In this document: in pieces, positions 1 through 8,694 of the stretch
Layout of the letters: every line of letters starts with the position of its first letter
Numbering within the stretch: the stretch's first letter is position 1
Source: Planctomycetia bacterium
Lineage (GTDB): Bacteria > Planctomycetota > PLA2 > JAEUHO01
Assembly: GCA_030618975.1 (NCBI GenBank)
Contig: JAUXCH010000001.1
Location: 1 to 40,374 of the forward strand
DNA: 40,374 nucleotides
Reading direction: 5' to 3'
The notes under the pieces: model-generated
What the model was told of the DNA's origin: nothing
Databases searched by the model: none
The model's input: the letters and a program-made list of their open reading frames with translations, nothing else
Position numbers and translations under genes: made by a program

Positions 1-9
1 CCCCGCACA

Positions 10-1977
10 ATGCCTCGATCGGAGGACAGGCCCATGCACCGAGCCCTGGTCGTCGCCCTGCTCCTGCTCGCCGTGCCGAGCGCTCTCGGCGACCCGCCGG
101 GCGTGCACACCGACCGGCAGGGGGCGCGCGTCCTGCCCCTCCCCTGCGGGGAGGACGTCTTCCACTTCGTGATCTTCGGCGACCGGACGACCGGCCCCCC
201 GTCGGGCCTGGAGGTGCTCCGGCAGGCCGTTTCGGACACCAACCTCCTGGGCCCCGATCTCGTGATGACGGTGGGCGACCTCGTGGGCGGCTACAACCGG
301 CGCCCGGAGTGGCTGGCCCAGATGCGCGAGTTCCGCGCGATCATGCAGGGGCTCGACGTGCCCTGGTATCCGGTGCCGGGCAACCACGACGTCACCTGGG
401 GAGGCGGGACGCCCCCGCCGGGCCACCACGAGAGCGACTTCGAGACCCACTTCGGTCCGCTGTACTACTGGTTCGAGCACAAGGGGGCGGCCTTCGTCAC
501 GCTCTACTCCGACGAGGGCGATCGGGAGAGGAACCGCAAGGGTTGGGGCAACGCACGCGTCAACCGGATGAGCGAGACCCAGCTCGCGTGGCTCGCGAAG
601 ACCCTCGAGCAAACGAAACAGCACGACCACGTGTTCGTCTTCCTCCACCACCCGCGCTGGGTCGAGGCGTACTACCCGGGCTCCAACTGGGACGCCGTCC
701 ACACCCTCCTTCAGAAGGCCGGAAACGTCACGGCGGTCTTCGCGGGCCACCTGCACCGGCGCCGCTACGACGGCGTCCGCGACGGCATCGAGTACTTCAC
801 GCTCGCCACCACGGGCGGAGCCCTGCCGTTCGAAGCGCCCGGCACCGGGTACCTCCACCACATGAACGTCGTGACGGTCCGCGACTCCGGGATGACGGTC
901 GCCACGATCCCCGTCGGGGCGGTCCTCGATCCTCGCGAGATGACCCAGGAGCGTCGGACCGACGTGGACCGACTCCGCTGGCTCGAGCCCGTCGTCCAGG
1001 GCGACGGGCTGGTGGTCGCGGCCGGCGGGCGTGCGAACGGCACCTACCCGCTCGAGGTGGAGAACCCGGCGAGCCGCCCGATCCAGGTGACGCTCTCGCT
1101 CGACACGCCCGACCGGGGGTGGTTCTTCGCTCCGAGCCATCACCACGTCGAAGTGCCCGCGGGCGGGAAGGTGGAGGTCTCGTTTCGCTACGGCCGCGAC
1201 CACGAGGACGGACTCGCAGGGCTGAGCCTCCCCTCGCTGGCGCTCCAGGCGGACTATCTCGGCGAGACGACCCGCATCTCCCTCCCGGAGCGGAACCTCC
1301 CCGCCGTCTGGCGCCTGCGGAGCCTGCCGCCGGACACGTGGGACGGCACCGAACCCCGGGCACTGAGCGTCGAGAAGAACGCCTGCCTGACGGTCCCGGC
1401 GCAGCGGCTCGACATCCCGGACGGGGCGTTCACGATCGAGGGGTGGATCCGCGGCGACGACTTCGGGGGTCGCCGCGCGTTCCTGGCCAAGACGGAGAAG
1501 TCGGAATACGGCCTCTTCGTCTCGGACGGGCGTCCCGTCTTCTCGGTGTTCCTCGGCCGAGGCTACGTCACGGCCTCGGAGCAGGAGCCCGTCCTCGAGC
1601 CGGGGCGTTGGCACCACGTCGCCGGCGTGTTCGACGGCTCCGAGGTGCGGCTCTACGTCGACGGGAAACTGCTCGCCGCGCAGCCCGGGGAGGGCCGACG
1701 CCGCCGGAACGAGTGGCCGCTCTTCGTCGGCGCCGACCCGGACCGGCGCGGTCACCCGACCAGCGGCTTCGACGGCCTGATCGACGAGGTCCGTGTGTCG
1801 CGGGGCGCGCGCTACGGCCAGGCCCCTTTCGAGCCGGCGCGGCGCTTCGAGCCGGACGACGACACCCTGCTGCTGCTCCACCTCGACCGGGGGCTGGGTC
1901 CGATCGCACCGGATCACGCAGCGGGCGGCCGACACGCACTGAGTCGCGGCAAGGTGGAGTACGCCCCCCTCGACTAG
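10..1977 (+). CDS. secreted calcineurin-like metallophosphoesterase with C-terminal LamG/concanavalin-like domain
   Basis: 655-aa ORF. Signal-like N-terminus (ALVVALLLLAVPSALG). Metallophosphoesterase blocks GDRT, GDLVGGY, GNHD, LHHP, GHLH. The C-terminal ~200 aa has a LamG-type pattern (FTIEGWIRG..WHHVAGVFDGSEVRLYVDGKL..IDEVRVS). Alternative ATG at 34. Confidence 0.85.
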   Translation: MPRSEDRPMHRALVVALLLLAVPSALGDPPGVHTDRQGARVLPLPCGEDVFHFVIFGDRTTGPPSGLEVLRQAVSDTNLLGPDLVMTVGDLVGGYNRRPEWLAQMREFRAIMQGLDVPWYPVPGNHDVTWGGGTPPPGHHESDFETHFGPLYYWFEHKGAAFVTLYSDEGDRERNRKGWGNARVNRMSETQLAWLAKTLEQTKQHDHVFVFLHHPRWVEAYYPGSNWDAVHTLLQKAGNVTAVFAGHLHRRRYDGVRDGIEYFTLATTGGALPFEAPGTGYLHHMNVVTVRDSGMTVATIPVGAVLDPREMTQERRTDVDRLRWLEPVVQGDGLVVAAGGRANGTYPLEVENPASRPIQVTLSLDTPDRGWFFAPSHHHVEVPAGGKVEVSFRYGRDHEDGLAGLSLPSLALQADYLGETTRISLPERNLPAVWRLRSLPPDTWDGTEPRALSVEKNACLTVPAQRLDIPDGAFTIEGWIRGDDFGGRRAFLAKTEKSEYGLFVSDGRPVFSVFLGRGYVTASEQEPVLEPGRWHHVAGVFDGSEVRLYVDGKLLAAQPGEGRRRRNEWPLFVGADPDRRGHPTSGFDGLIDEVRVSRGARYGQAPFEPARRFEPDDDTLLLLHLDRGLGPIAPDHAAGGRHALSRGKVEYAPLD

Positions 1978-2330
1978 AGATCGGTGTACTTGCGGGCGGT
2001 GCCCTTCGCCTTGTGCACCGGATACTTCTCGGCGTTCGTCACGAGCTTCTTGCGCACCGCGTCGGGCAGCGAGATGCCCGAGGCCTCGGCGAGGTAGAGC
2101 AGGAACATCTGGACGTCGGCCATCTCCTCGGCCAGCCGACGCAGGAAGCCCTCGTCCTCGAGGTCCGCACGCACCTCGTCGCGCGTCTTCCACAGGAAGA
2201 GCTCGCCCAGCTCCCCCGCCTCGATGCCCAGACCCAGCGCGAGGTCCTTCGGATGGTGGAACTGCGCCCAGTCCCGTTCGTCGCGGAAGTGGACGGCTTC
2301 GCGCCGGAGCGCGTCGAAGGTGTCGCTCAC
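1974..2330 (-). CDS. MazG-like all-alpha nucleotide pyrophosphohydrolase
   Basis: Only the last 118 codons of the 420-aa track ORF read as protein (VSDTFDALRREAVHFRDERDWAQFHHPKDLALGLGIEAGELGELFLWK..EEMADVQMFLLYLAE..KYP). GTG start at 2330-2328 overlaps the TGA stop of the upstream TPR gene (GTGA). The rest of the track ORF is an Arg/Gly-rich shadow frame. Confidence 0.8.
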   Translation of the reverse strand: MSDTFDALRREAVHFRDERDWAQFHHPKDLALGLGIEAGELGELFLWKTRDEVRADLEDEGFLRRLAEEMADVQMFLLYLAEASGISLPDAVRKKLVTNAEKYPVHKAKGTARKYTDL

Positions 2331-3397
2331 GAGTCCTTCGCCTCCGCATCGACCACGGCCTTCACGGCCGCGCGCTCGAGGAGCGGCTGCGCGTCGGGGT
2401 TTGCGAGCACGCCCGGCTTGACGAACTCGGGGAGGGTCGGCCACGCCTCGATCAACAGCTGCTCCGCCTCGTCCCACTGCTCCCGGCGCGACAGGAACAG
2501 CGCGAGGCTGATCGACGAGAACGCGTAGCCGGGGTTCGCGACGACGAGATCGCGGAAGACCTCCTCCGCCAGGTCGAGCCTGCCCTGCTGCTCGTAGAGC
2601 TTGCCGAGCTCGATGCGCGCGCCGGCGAAGCTCGGCTTCGCCCCGATGGCCCGGTTGAACCACAGGATCGCACGCTCCTCGTCGCCCGTCTCCCGGAAGG
2701 CCCGGGCCCTGAACTGCATCACGCTCTCCTCGTCGGGGAACCGCTCGAGCGCCTCCTTCGTCGTCTCGAGGATGCCGTTCCAGTCCATCTCCGCGCCGAG
2801 CATCATGAGCTTCAGCGACCAGGCGCCGACCTCGTCGGGCCGCTTCGCGATCCGCGCGTCGATCACGGGGATCCCCTCCTCGCAAAGATCCAGCCCCTCG
2901 ATCGCGTTCGAGTGCCGCGCGCGGATGAGCATCCACAGCAGGGTGTCCTGGGGATCGTCCTCGTCGGGGTGCTCCGTGACCAGCGTCTTCAGGCCCTCGA
3001 GCGCCTCCTCCTTTTCGCCCGCCCAGAACCGGTCGGACAGCTGGCCGGCCCGTGCGCCCACGTCCGTCGTGCCCTTCAGCTCCTCGCGCATCCGGTCGGC
3101 CTCCTCGCCCTCGGAGAAGTTCGCGAGCGTCATCTTCAGGCCGTCGGAACCGCTCGCTTCGACGCCGCGCCTCAACACGTCGCGGCCCTGCTCGTCGTCG
3201 AACGAACGGAAGTACGCGTAGCTGAGGTGGGCCCACGCGTCCGCATCGTCGGGCACGAGCTCGACCGCTCGGCCGAGCACGCGCTGCGCGTGGTCGAGTC
3301 GGTTGCGGTCGTGGATCTCGCGGCCGAGACGCGCCAGACGAGGGCCGTCGTCCCAGTGCGAGTAGGCCTCGTGGAGGAGCTGCTCGATCGTGGCCAT
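2327..3397 (-). CDS. tetratricopeptide-repeat protein
   Basis: 356-aa ORF with recurring TPR-like helices (DADAWAHLSYAYF.., ILWFNRAIGAKPSFAGARIELGKLYEQQGRLDLAEEVFRDLVVANP). Coding-like composition. Translationally coupled to the downstream MazG-like gene. Confidence 0.8.
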   Translation of the reverse strand: MATIEQLLHEAYSHWDDGPRLARLGREIHDRNRLDHAQRVLGRAVELVPDDADAWAHLSYAYFRSFDDEQGRDVLRRGVEASGSDGLKMTLANFSEGEEADRMREELKGTTDVGARAGQLSDRFWAGEKEEALEGLKTLVTEHPDEDDPQDTLLWMLIRARHSNAIEGLDLCEEGIPVIDARIAKRPDEVGAWSLKLMMLGAEMDWNGILETTKEALERFPDEESVMQFRARAFRETGDEERAILWFNRAIGAKPSFAGARIELGKLYEQQGRLDLAEEVFRDLVVANPGYAFSSISLALFLSRREQWDEAEQLLIEAWPTLPEFVKPGVLANPDAQPLLERAAVKAVVDAEAKDS

Positions 3398-3478
3398 CGT
3401 GAATCTCCTGGCTGCGGAGCGGGACCCGGGATCCTACCTCCCGGCGGTCCGTGAGAGGATGCCAGGGCGGGATCCGGC

Positions 3479-4099
3479 ATGCGCATCGTCTGCCTCAGTG
3501 ACACGCACGGCTTTCACGAGGGCTACCCGGTCCCCGAGGGGGACCTCCTCGTCCACGCCGGCGACCTCACGAAGCACGGCCACCTGGAGGAGGTGGCCGC
3601 GTTCGACCGCTTCCTGGGCACCCTCCCCCACCCGCACAAGGTGGTCATCGCCGGCAACCACGACTTCGCCTTCGAGCGGGAGGCCGCTCGCGCGCGCAAC
3701 CTGCTCACGAACGCCACCTACCTCGAGGACGCCGAGACGGTCGTCAACGGCGTCCGGATCTGGGGCTCCCCCTGGCAGCCCTGGTTCTACGACTGGGCGT
3801 TCAACCTGCAGCGCGGCCCCGAGATCCGCGCGAAGTGGGACCGGATCCCCGCAGGCATCGACGTCCTCGTCACGCACGGCCCGCCCCTCGGCCACGGCGA
3901 CCGGACGGTGAGCGGCGAGGACGCCGGCTGCGTGGACCTGCTGGACGCCGTCCGCCGCGTGCGTCCCCGCCTCCACGTGTTCGGACACATCCACGAGGGC
4001 TACGGGCAGACGCGGGAAGGGTCCACCCGCTGCGTGAACGCGAGCACGTGCACCCTCGCCTACCGGCCGACGAACGCCGCGGTGGTCGTCGACCTGTAG
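3479..4099 (+). CDS. small metallophosphoesterase (MPPED/239FB-like)
   Basis: 206 aa with the complete motif set: MRIVCLSDTHG, HAGDL, AGNHD, VTHGPP, GHIHEGYG. Confidence 0.9.
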   Translation: MRIVCLSDTHGFHEGYPVPEGDLLVHAGDLTKHGHLEEVAAFDRFLGTLPHPHKVVIAGNHDFAFEREAARARNLLTNATYLEDAETVVNGVRIWGSPWQPWFYDWAFNLQRGPEIRAKWDRIPAGIDVLVTHGPPLGHGDRTVSGEDAGCVDLLDAVRRVRPRLHVFGHIHEGYGQTREGSTRCVNASTCTLAYRPTNAAVVVDL

Positions 4100-4139
4100 C
4101 GGTGGACGAGGCCGGAAGGCCTGCGTAGACTCCGCTTTC
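4097..4139 (+). terminator. possible stem-loop terminator after the phosphoesterase gene
   Basis: Outer stem AGCGG (4097-4101) / CCGCT (4132-4136). Inner hairpin AGGCC-GGAA-GGCCT (4109-4122). Followed by TTCC; the T-tract is weak. Confidence 0.3.
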
Positions 4140-4140
4140 C

Positions 4141-4161
4141 GTACAGGTACAGGTACAGGTA
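4141..4161. repeat. tandem hexamer (GTACAG) x3.5
   Basis: Reads gtacaggtacaggtacaggta directly. Followed by hairpin AGACCC-GGGG-GGGTCT (4163-4178) and SD GGAGGG (4179-4184) ahead of ATG 4191. Confidence 0.9.
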
Positions 4162-4190
4162 GAGACCCGGGGGGGTCTGGAGGGATCGAC

Positions 4191-4439
4191 ATGGAAATCC
4201 TCATCGCCATCGTCATCGGCGGCATCATCGGCTGGCTCGCCAGCCTCGTCATGAAGACCGACGCCCAGATGGGCATCATCGCGAACGTGATCGTCGGCAT
4301 CATCGGCGCGGGCCTCGGCCACTGGCTCGCCCCGATGCTGGGCCTCGGCGCGGCCGGAAGCGTCGTCCAGTGGCTCATCTCGATCGGCGGCGCCATCCTG
4401 CTGATCCTCCTCCTGAAGGTGCTCGGCATCTTCAAGTAG
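4191..4439 (+). CDS. GlsB/YeaQ/YmgE-family small stress-response membrane protein
   Basis: 82 aa, three Gly-rich hydrophobic helices (ILIAIVIGGIIGWLASLVM..MGIIANVIVGIIGAGLG..). GGAGGG SD 7 nt upstream. Confidence 0.9.
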   Translation: MEILIAIVIGGIIGWLASLVMKTDAQMGIIANVIVGIIGAGLGHWLAPMLGLGAAGSVVQWLISIGGAILLILLLKVLGIFK

Positions 4440-4468
4440 ACCGGCGACCGGTGAGCCTCGAGGGTCGA

Positions 4469-5827
4469 ATGACGCTCGACCGCTCCACCCTGCCGCTCCT
4501 GGACGAAGCCCTCGCCCTGCTGGAGGAGGGCTTCGCCCGCCTGCCGCCCGTCGCCGCGGACGTCGACCGGCCGGCCCTGCGCCGCGTGCTCCTCGACGCC
4601 GCGCGCCGCATGCAGGACAACTTCCCCTACCAGCACCCGCTCTACGTGGGGCAGATGCTGAAGCCGCCGCACCCGGTCGCCCGACTGGCGTACGCCCTCT
4701 CGCTGTGGATCAACCCCAACAACCACGCGCTCGACGGAGGGCGCGCGAGCTCCGCCATGGAGCAGGAGGCGGTCGCCGCGATCGCGGGAGTGCCCGGTTG
4801 GGAGGAGCACCTCGGCCACCTCTGCGGCGGCGGGACGGTGGCGAACCTGGAGGCGCTCTGGGTGGCGCGCGAGCTCGCACCCGGCCGAGCCGTCCTCGCC
4901 TCCGAACAGGCGCACTACACCCACGCCAGGCTCTGCGGCGTCCTGTCCGTTCCGTTTCGCACGGTGGCCACGGACGACCGCGGACGCATGGATCCCGAGG
5001 CCCTCGAACGGGAGCTCGAGCGCGGCGACGTGGGCACCGTCGTCGCGACGCTGGGCACGACGGCGCTGGGCGCCGTCGACCCCCTGGACGCGGTGCTCCC
5101 CGCGTGCCGTGCGCGTGGCGTCCGCGTGCACGTGGACGCCGCCTACGGGGGCTTCTTCGCGCTCGCGTCGAACCTGGACGAGGACGCGCGCCGCGCCTTC
5201 GATCACGCCGGCGAGGCCGACTCCTACGTCGTGGACCCGCACAAGCACGGACTCCAGCCCTACGGATGCGGCTGCGTCCTGTTTCGCGATCCCGCCGTCG
5301 GCGCCGTCTACCGGCACGACTCGCCCTACACCTACTTCACGTCCGACGAGCTGCACCTGGGCGAGATCTCGCTGGAGTGCTCGCGGCCCGGCGCCGCCGC
5401 CGTCGCCCTGTGGACGACGATCCAACTCCTCCCCTACGAGCGCGGAGGACGATTCGCGCGCTCCCTCGAAGCGTGCAGGCAAGGCGCGTTGGACCTCCAC
5501 GCGAGGCTCGCAGAGGACGCGCGCTTCGCCCCCGTTCCGCTCCCCCAGCTCGACATCGTGGTGTGGGCGGTGAAGGCCTCCAGTGCCCAGGAGGCGTCGC
5601 AGCGCGCGCGGCGGGTGTTCGCCGCGGCGGCCGAGCGAGACCTGCACCTGGCCCTGGCCGCCCTGCCCGCCGCGCTGGTTGCCCGGGCGGTGCCGGAGCT
5701 GGCCGGTGCCTCGGAACCGGTGACGTGCCTCCGCGCCTGCGTGATGAAGCCCGAGCACCGCGACTGGCTCGACCCCATCCTCGAGCGCCTCGGAGAGGCC
5801 ACCGCAGCGGCCGGCATCGGCCGCTGA
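4469..5827 (+). CDS. PLP-dependent group II amino-acid decarboxylase
   Basis: Starts MTLDRSTLPLLDEA at ATG 4469 (in-frame GTG 4451 also possible). Has the PLP-lysine block SYVVDPHKHGLQPYGCGCVLFRD and GGGTVANLEALWVAR. The track ORF start at 4370 overlaps the upstream gene and is rejected. Confidence 0.85.
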   Translation: MTLDRSTLPLLDEALALLEEGFARLPPVAADVDRPALRRVLLDAARRMQDNFPYQHPLYVGQMLKPPHPVARLAYALSLWINPNNHALDGGRASSAMEQEAVAAIAGVPGWEEHLGHLCGGGTVANLEALWVARELAPGRAVLASEQAHYTHARLCGVLSVPFRTVATDDRGRMDPEALERELERGDVGTVVATLGTTALGAVDPLDAVLPACRARGVRVHVDAAYGGFFALASNLDEDARRAFDHAGEADSYVVDPHKHGLQPYGCGCVLFRDPAVGAVYRHDSPYTYFTSDELHLGEISLECSRPGAAAVALWTTIQLLPYERGGRFARSLEACRQGALDLHARLAEDARFAPVPLPQLDIVVWAVKASSAQEASQRARRVFAAAAERDLHLALAALPAALVARAVPELAGASEPVTCLRACVMKPEHRDWLDPILERLGEATAAAGIGR

Positions 5828-5834
5828 GGCGGCC

Positions 5835-5856
5835 CAGGCCCCGGATCGCGGGCCTG
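5835..5856 (+). terminator. possible hairpin terminator after the decarboxylase gene
   Basis: CAGGCCC (5835-5841) / GGGCCTG (5850-5856), 8-nt loop, 8 nt after the stop. No clean T-tract. Confidence 0.3.
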
Positions 5857-6156
5857 AGATGGATTCTCACTTGCATCCCTGCGCCCGCAGGCCTACACCG
5901 GGGGAGCAGTAAGGATGCGGGAAGAAGAAACCACAGGACGCCACACAACGTCGGTTCGAGACTGCCGGGCCTCGGTCGCGGGAGTCGAGGAGAGCGGACA
6001 AGCCAGGTCGTAGAGAACGGCAAGAGCAGTGGCGATCCCGGCGCTGAAGCCGCATCGCAAAGTCTGGACCGGCTGGAGCCACGGCAAAGGCCGAACCGGC
6101 GGGGAGGGCCGGGAACTCCCTCTGCCCCTTTTCCCTCGGCGGGGTGTTGACGAAGC

Positions 6157-6495
6157 ATGCAGCCCATCCTGGTTTCCCGACGAGTCTTCCTGGCCGCGGC
6201 AGGCGCCGCCGGGCTCACGTCGCTCGTGGGCTGCGGGGGCGGCGGAGGCGACCTCCCGGGTGACGGCGACGGCACGCAGTACGTGGCCTACCGGCTGTCC
6301 ACGAAAGGCAAGCGAGCGAGCAACGCAGCGAAGAAGAACGCGGCGAACAAGCTCTTCGCGACGCCCACGGCGGCCGACCTGGGTCGTGCCCACCCCGGCG
6401 ACGGCTCCGACATCGTCCGGATCGATCTCTCCGAGGCGCGGTGGACGGCGCTGTTCGGCGGCGGCGCCGACACCGCCGACCTCCGGCACGTCTAG
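6157..6495 (+). CDS. small Tat-signal/lipobox protein of unknown function
   Basis: 112 aa. SRRVFLAAAGAAGLTSLVGC combines a twin-arginine-like motif with an L-V-G-C lipobox, followed by a Gly linker. Its stop overlaps the stop of the convergent gene (CTAG at 6492-6495). Confidence 0.6.
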   Translation: MQPILVSRRVFLAAAGAAGLTSLVGCGGGGGDLPGDGDGTQYVAYRLSTKGKRASNAAKKNAANKLFATPTAADLGRAHPGDGSDIVRIDLSEARWTALFGGGADTADLRHV

Positions 6496-7544
6496 CGTCG
6501 ACGCTTCGCACTCGACGTGCGGACCCTGACCTGCCGCCCGATGTGCGTCTGCCCCGCTCGTAGCGCGATGCGGATCCGAAACGGTTTCGAGGGGTCGAAG
6601 GCGGGACCCGCGAGGAACACCGCGCGGCCGGACTCGACGGGCGGCGCGGAGTCCTGCAGCAGGGCGAACGACGGCGCCGGGCCCTCGAAGTCGTAGCCGG
6701 ATCCGTCGTTCTTGCGTGGCGGCGTCCAGTGGAAGGGCAGCACGACGAACGCCGGTCGGCCCCGGCCCTCGACCTTCGGAGGCGGGACGACCTCGAGTTC
6801 GACCGTCGCCGGCTCCCGCAGGACGAAGAACGCGGAGTCGTCCGACATCTGGAACGAGTCGGCGCCGGGAATCCCCCCCTCGAGTCCCGACCAGGTGACG
6901 TCGTGAGGCCGACCACGCGCCAGGACCGAGAGATCCGCCGGACGAGCACCGGCGAGGTCGGCGAGGAACTCGACGATGGACAGCAGAGAGGCGTGCAGCG
7001 GGCTCGAGGTGTCGGCCTGCATGCAGCGGTACCGGCTGCCGGGCAGCACGAGGACCCGGTAGCCGGCGGCCTCCAGGGCCTTCCGCTCCTTCGTCGACCC
7101 CTCCTTCACGGGCACGCGCGCGCCACCGAGCGCCGCCGGTTGGATCCGGAAGCCGACCTTCGCCTGCGGGTCCAGCCCGTCGAGGCGCACGCCCGCAGCC
7201 GCGAGGTCCGGCTGCAGATCGAAGCCGTGGATCGCGAACAGGGCGGTCGCGAGCTCGACGGTCCGCTCGACGTCGAGGCCGGAGAACACTCCCATCCCGC
7301 AGCCGGGCGGGAGCTGCAACGTATGGATCGGACACCCCGCCTCGGGCACGGTCTCTCGCACGAGGGTCGTCAGCAGGACGTTGCGGGAGTTGAAGTGCGG
7401 AGTCTGGGGCGCGTGGACGGCCTCCTGAACGCGGCGAAAGACCCGGGTCGCCCGGTCCTCGTCGGGCCCCGCGTGCGTGGGGTCGACCGGCGTCAGGACG
7501 AGGACCGGCAGCAGCAGGACGGGCACGAGGCGGCCAAGGAGCAT
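6492..7544 (-). CDS. secreted hypothetical protein
   Basis: ATG at 7544-7542 gives 350 aa starting MLLGRLVPVLLLPVLVLTPVDPTHAG (signal peptide). The remainder has ordinary composition. The upstream part of the 541-aa track ORF overlaps the aldo/keto reductase gene and is Arg/Pro-rich. Confidence 0.65.
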   Translation of the reverse strand: MLLGRLVPVLLLPVLVLTPVDPTHAGPDEDRATRVFRRVQEAVHAPQTPHFNSRNVLLTTLVRETVPEAGCPIHTLQLPPGCGMGVFSGLDVERTVELATALFAIHGFDLQPDLAAAGVRLDGLDPQAKVGFRIQPAALGGARVPVKEGSTKERKALEAAGYRVLVLPGSRYRCMQADTSSPLHASLLSIVEFLADLAGARPADLSVLARGRPHDVTWSGLEGGIPGADSFQMSDDSAFFVLREPATVELEVVPPPKVEGRGRPAFVVLPFHWTPPRKNDGSGYDFEGPAPSFALLQDSAPPVESGRAVFLAGPAFDPSKPFRIRIALRAGQTHIGRQVRVRTSSAKRRR

Positions 7545-7609
7545 GCAGAACCTCCGGCGACTCTCGATGAGAACGCCGTCGAGACGCTTCGAGAACCGCC
7601 TCGGCCTCG

Positions 7610-8599
7610 CTACGCGCAGCCGAGCTGGATCGCCTCCCTGAGGTGCAGCACCTGCGTGATGCCGATGACGTCGGTGTGGACGCCTTCCTGGTTCAGGGCG
7701 TAGCGGTAGAGCCTCTGGTGCCTCGAGAGGGAGCTCTCGCCGGGGAAGGCCTTCGCGAGCAGGGCGTCCGTGCCGCTGCTCAGGTACCCGCCCTTGGCTG
7801 CCTTCATGACCATGACGCCGATGTTCTTCGCGCTCGCCTTCTTCAGCAGCGCCGTGGTGTCCTCCGTCGGGCGGCCCGGACGACGGCCTCCGGACTTCGG
7901 CTGGCCGGCGTCGGCGACGTTCTGGGTGCAGATGTTGATGACGGTGAGGAAGACGTCGTAGAACCCGTCGTCGACCACGGCCTCGCAGACCGCCTTGTAG
8001 TTCTCGTGGCTCGACATCCCGAAGAACCGGACGAGGCCCTTCTCCCTGAGCTTCCGCATGGCGTCGCGGGCCGCCTCGTGCTTCAGGAACTCGACGCGCT
8101 GCGCTCCGTGCGGCCACATGACGAGGTCGACGTAGTCCGTCTTCATGCGCGCGAGGCTCTGACGGACCTTGGCCTCGAACTGGTCGTAGACCTGCTTCGC
8201 CGAACCCTGCGGCTTGAGGCCGGAGAGCTTCGTGTTGATGAAGAGCCTGTCCCGGTGCGGGTACCCCGGGAGAAAGGCGCCGACCGCTTCCTCGGCCTTG
8301 CCCCCTCCATAGCTGTTCGCGACGTCGATGAAGTTGATGCCCTTCTCCACCGCGACCTGCAGCAGGCGGACGCCGTCCGGCCTGAGGCCGCCTCCTCCGT
8401 AGGCGACGACGGAGACCGGGACCTTCGTACGTCCCAGCACGCGCGTCTTCATCGTGCCGCCGGAGGGCACCTCCTCCTCGGCCAGCAGATCCCGCGGCAG
8501 GGCACCCGAAAGTCCCAGGCCCACGGCGCCCGCCGCGACGCCCTTCAGGAACGTGCGGCGACCCAGATCGTCTCTCTCGCTCGACGGCGACGTGCTCAT
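7610..8599 (-). CDS. aldo/keto reductase with twin-arginine (Tat) signal
   Basis: ATG 8599-8597 preceded by AAGGAGAG. N-terminus MSTSPSSERDDLGRRTFLKGVAAGAVGLGLSGA. AKR core (LGRTKVPVSVVAYGGGG.., INFIDVANSYGGGKAEEAVG, FINTKL, YVDLVMWPH). Confidence 0.85.
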   Translation of the reverse strand: MSTSPSSERDDLGRRTFLKGVAAGAVGLGLSGALPRDLLAEEEVPSGGTMKTRVLGRTKVPVSVVAYGGGGLRPDGVRLLQVAVEKGINFIDVANSYGGGKAEEAVGAFLPGYPHRDRLFINTKLSGLKPQGSAKQVYDQFEAKVRQSLARMKTDYVDLVMWPHGAQRVEFLKHEAARDAMRKLREKGLVRFFGMSSHENYKAVCEAVVDDGFYDVFLTVINICTQNVADAGQPKSGGRRPGRPTEDTTALLKKASAKNIGVMVMKAAKGGYLSSGTDALLAKAFPGESSLSRHQRLYRYALNQEGVHTDVIGITQVLHLREAIQLGCA

Positions 8600-8694
8600 G
8601 ATCTCTCCTTCACGACCTGCGCGGCGAGGCACTGTACCGTGGACCGCCCTTCGGTATGATCCTCCCGTTCACGAACCATGAGCCGTGGAGTCCC

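Noticed and set aside
1974-3236. N-terminal extensions of track ORFs: 1974-3236, 6492-8117, 14626-15996, 34093-35295, 4370-5827, 31667-33142, 35351-38167 and 38782-40146.
   Set aside because: In each case the upstream part overlaps a better-supported neighbouring gene or is Arg/Pro-rich. An internal start gives a sensible signal peptide, SD or domain boundary. Trimmed coordinates were used.
3434-5758. 774-aa minus-strand ORF spanning three plus-strand genes.
   Set aside because: Arg/Gly/Ala/Pro-rich low-complexity translation. It lies antisense to ORFs with clear family motifs (metallophosphoesterase, YeaQ, PLP decarboxylase). This is a typical high-GC shadow ORF.
5828-6156. RNase P RNA, SRP RNA, tmRNA or c-di-GMP riboswitch in the long intergenic region.
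   Set aside because: Hallmark strings are missing on both strands: GAGGAAAGTCCGG and ACAGAAxxCGGCTTA for RNase P, and the GGAA-capped AGGTCCGGAAGGAAGCAGCC helix for SRP. The tmRNA termini are also absent. The GCAAA-type elements are in the wrong order for GEMM-I.
6029-6529. 166-aa plus-strand ORF overlapping the small Tat-lipoprotein gene in another frame.
   Set aside because: Arg/Pro/Ser-rich translation without signal or motif. The 6157-6495 frame gives a coherent Tat/lipobox leader.
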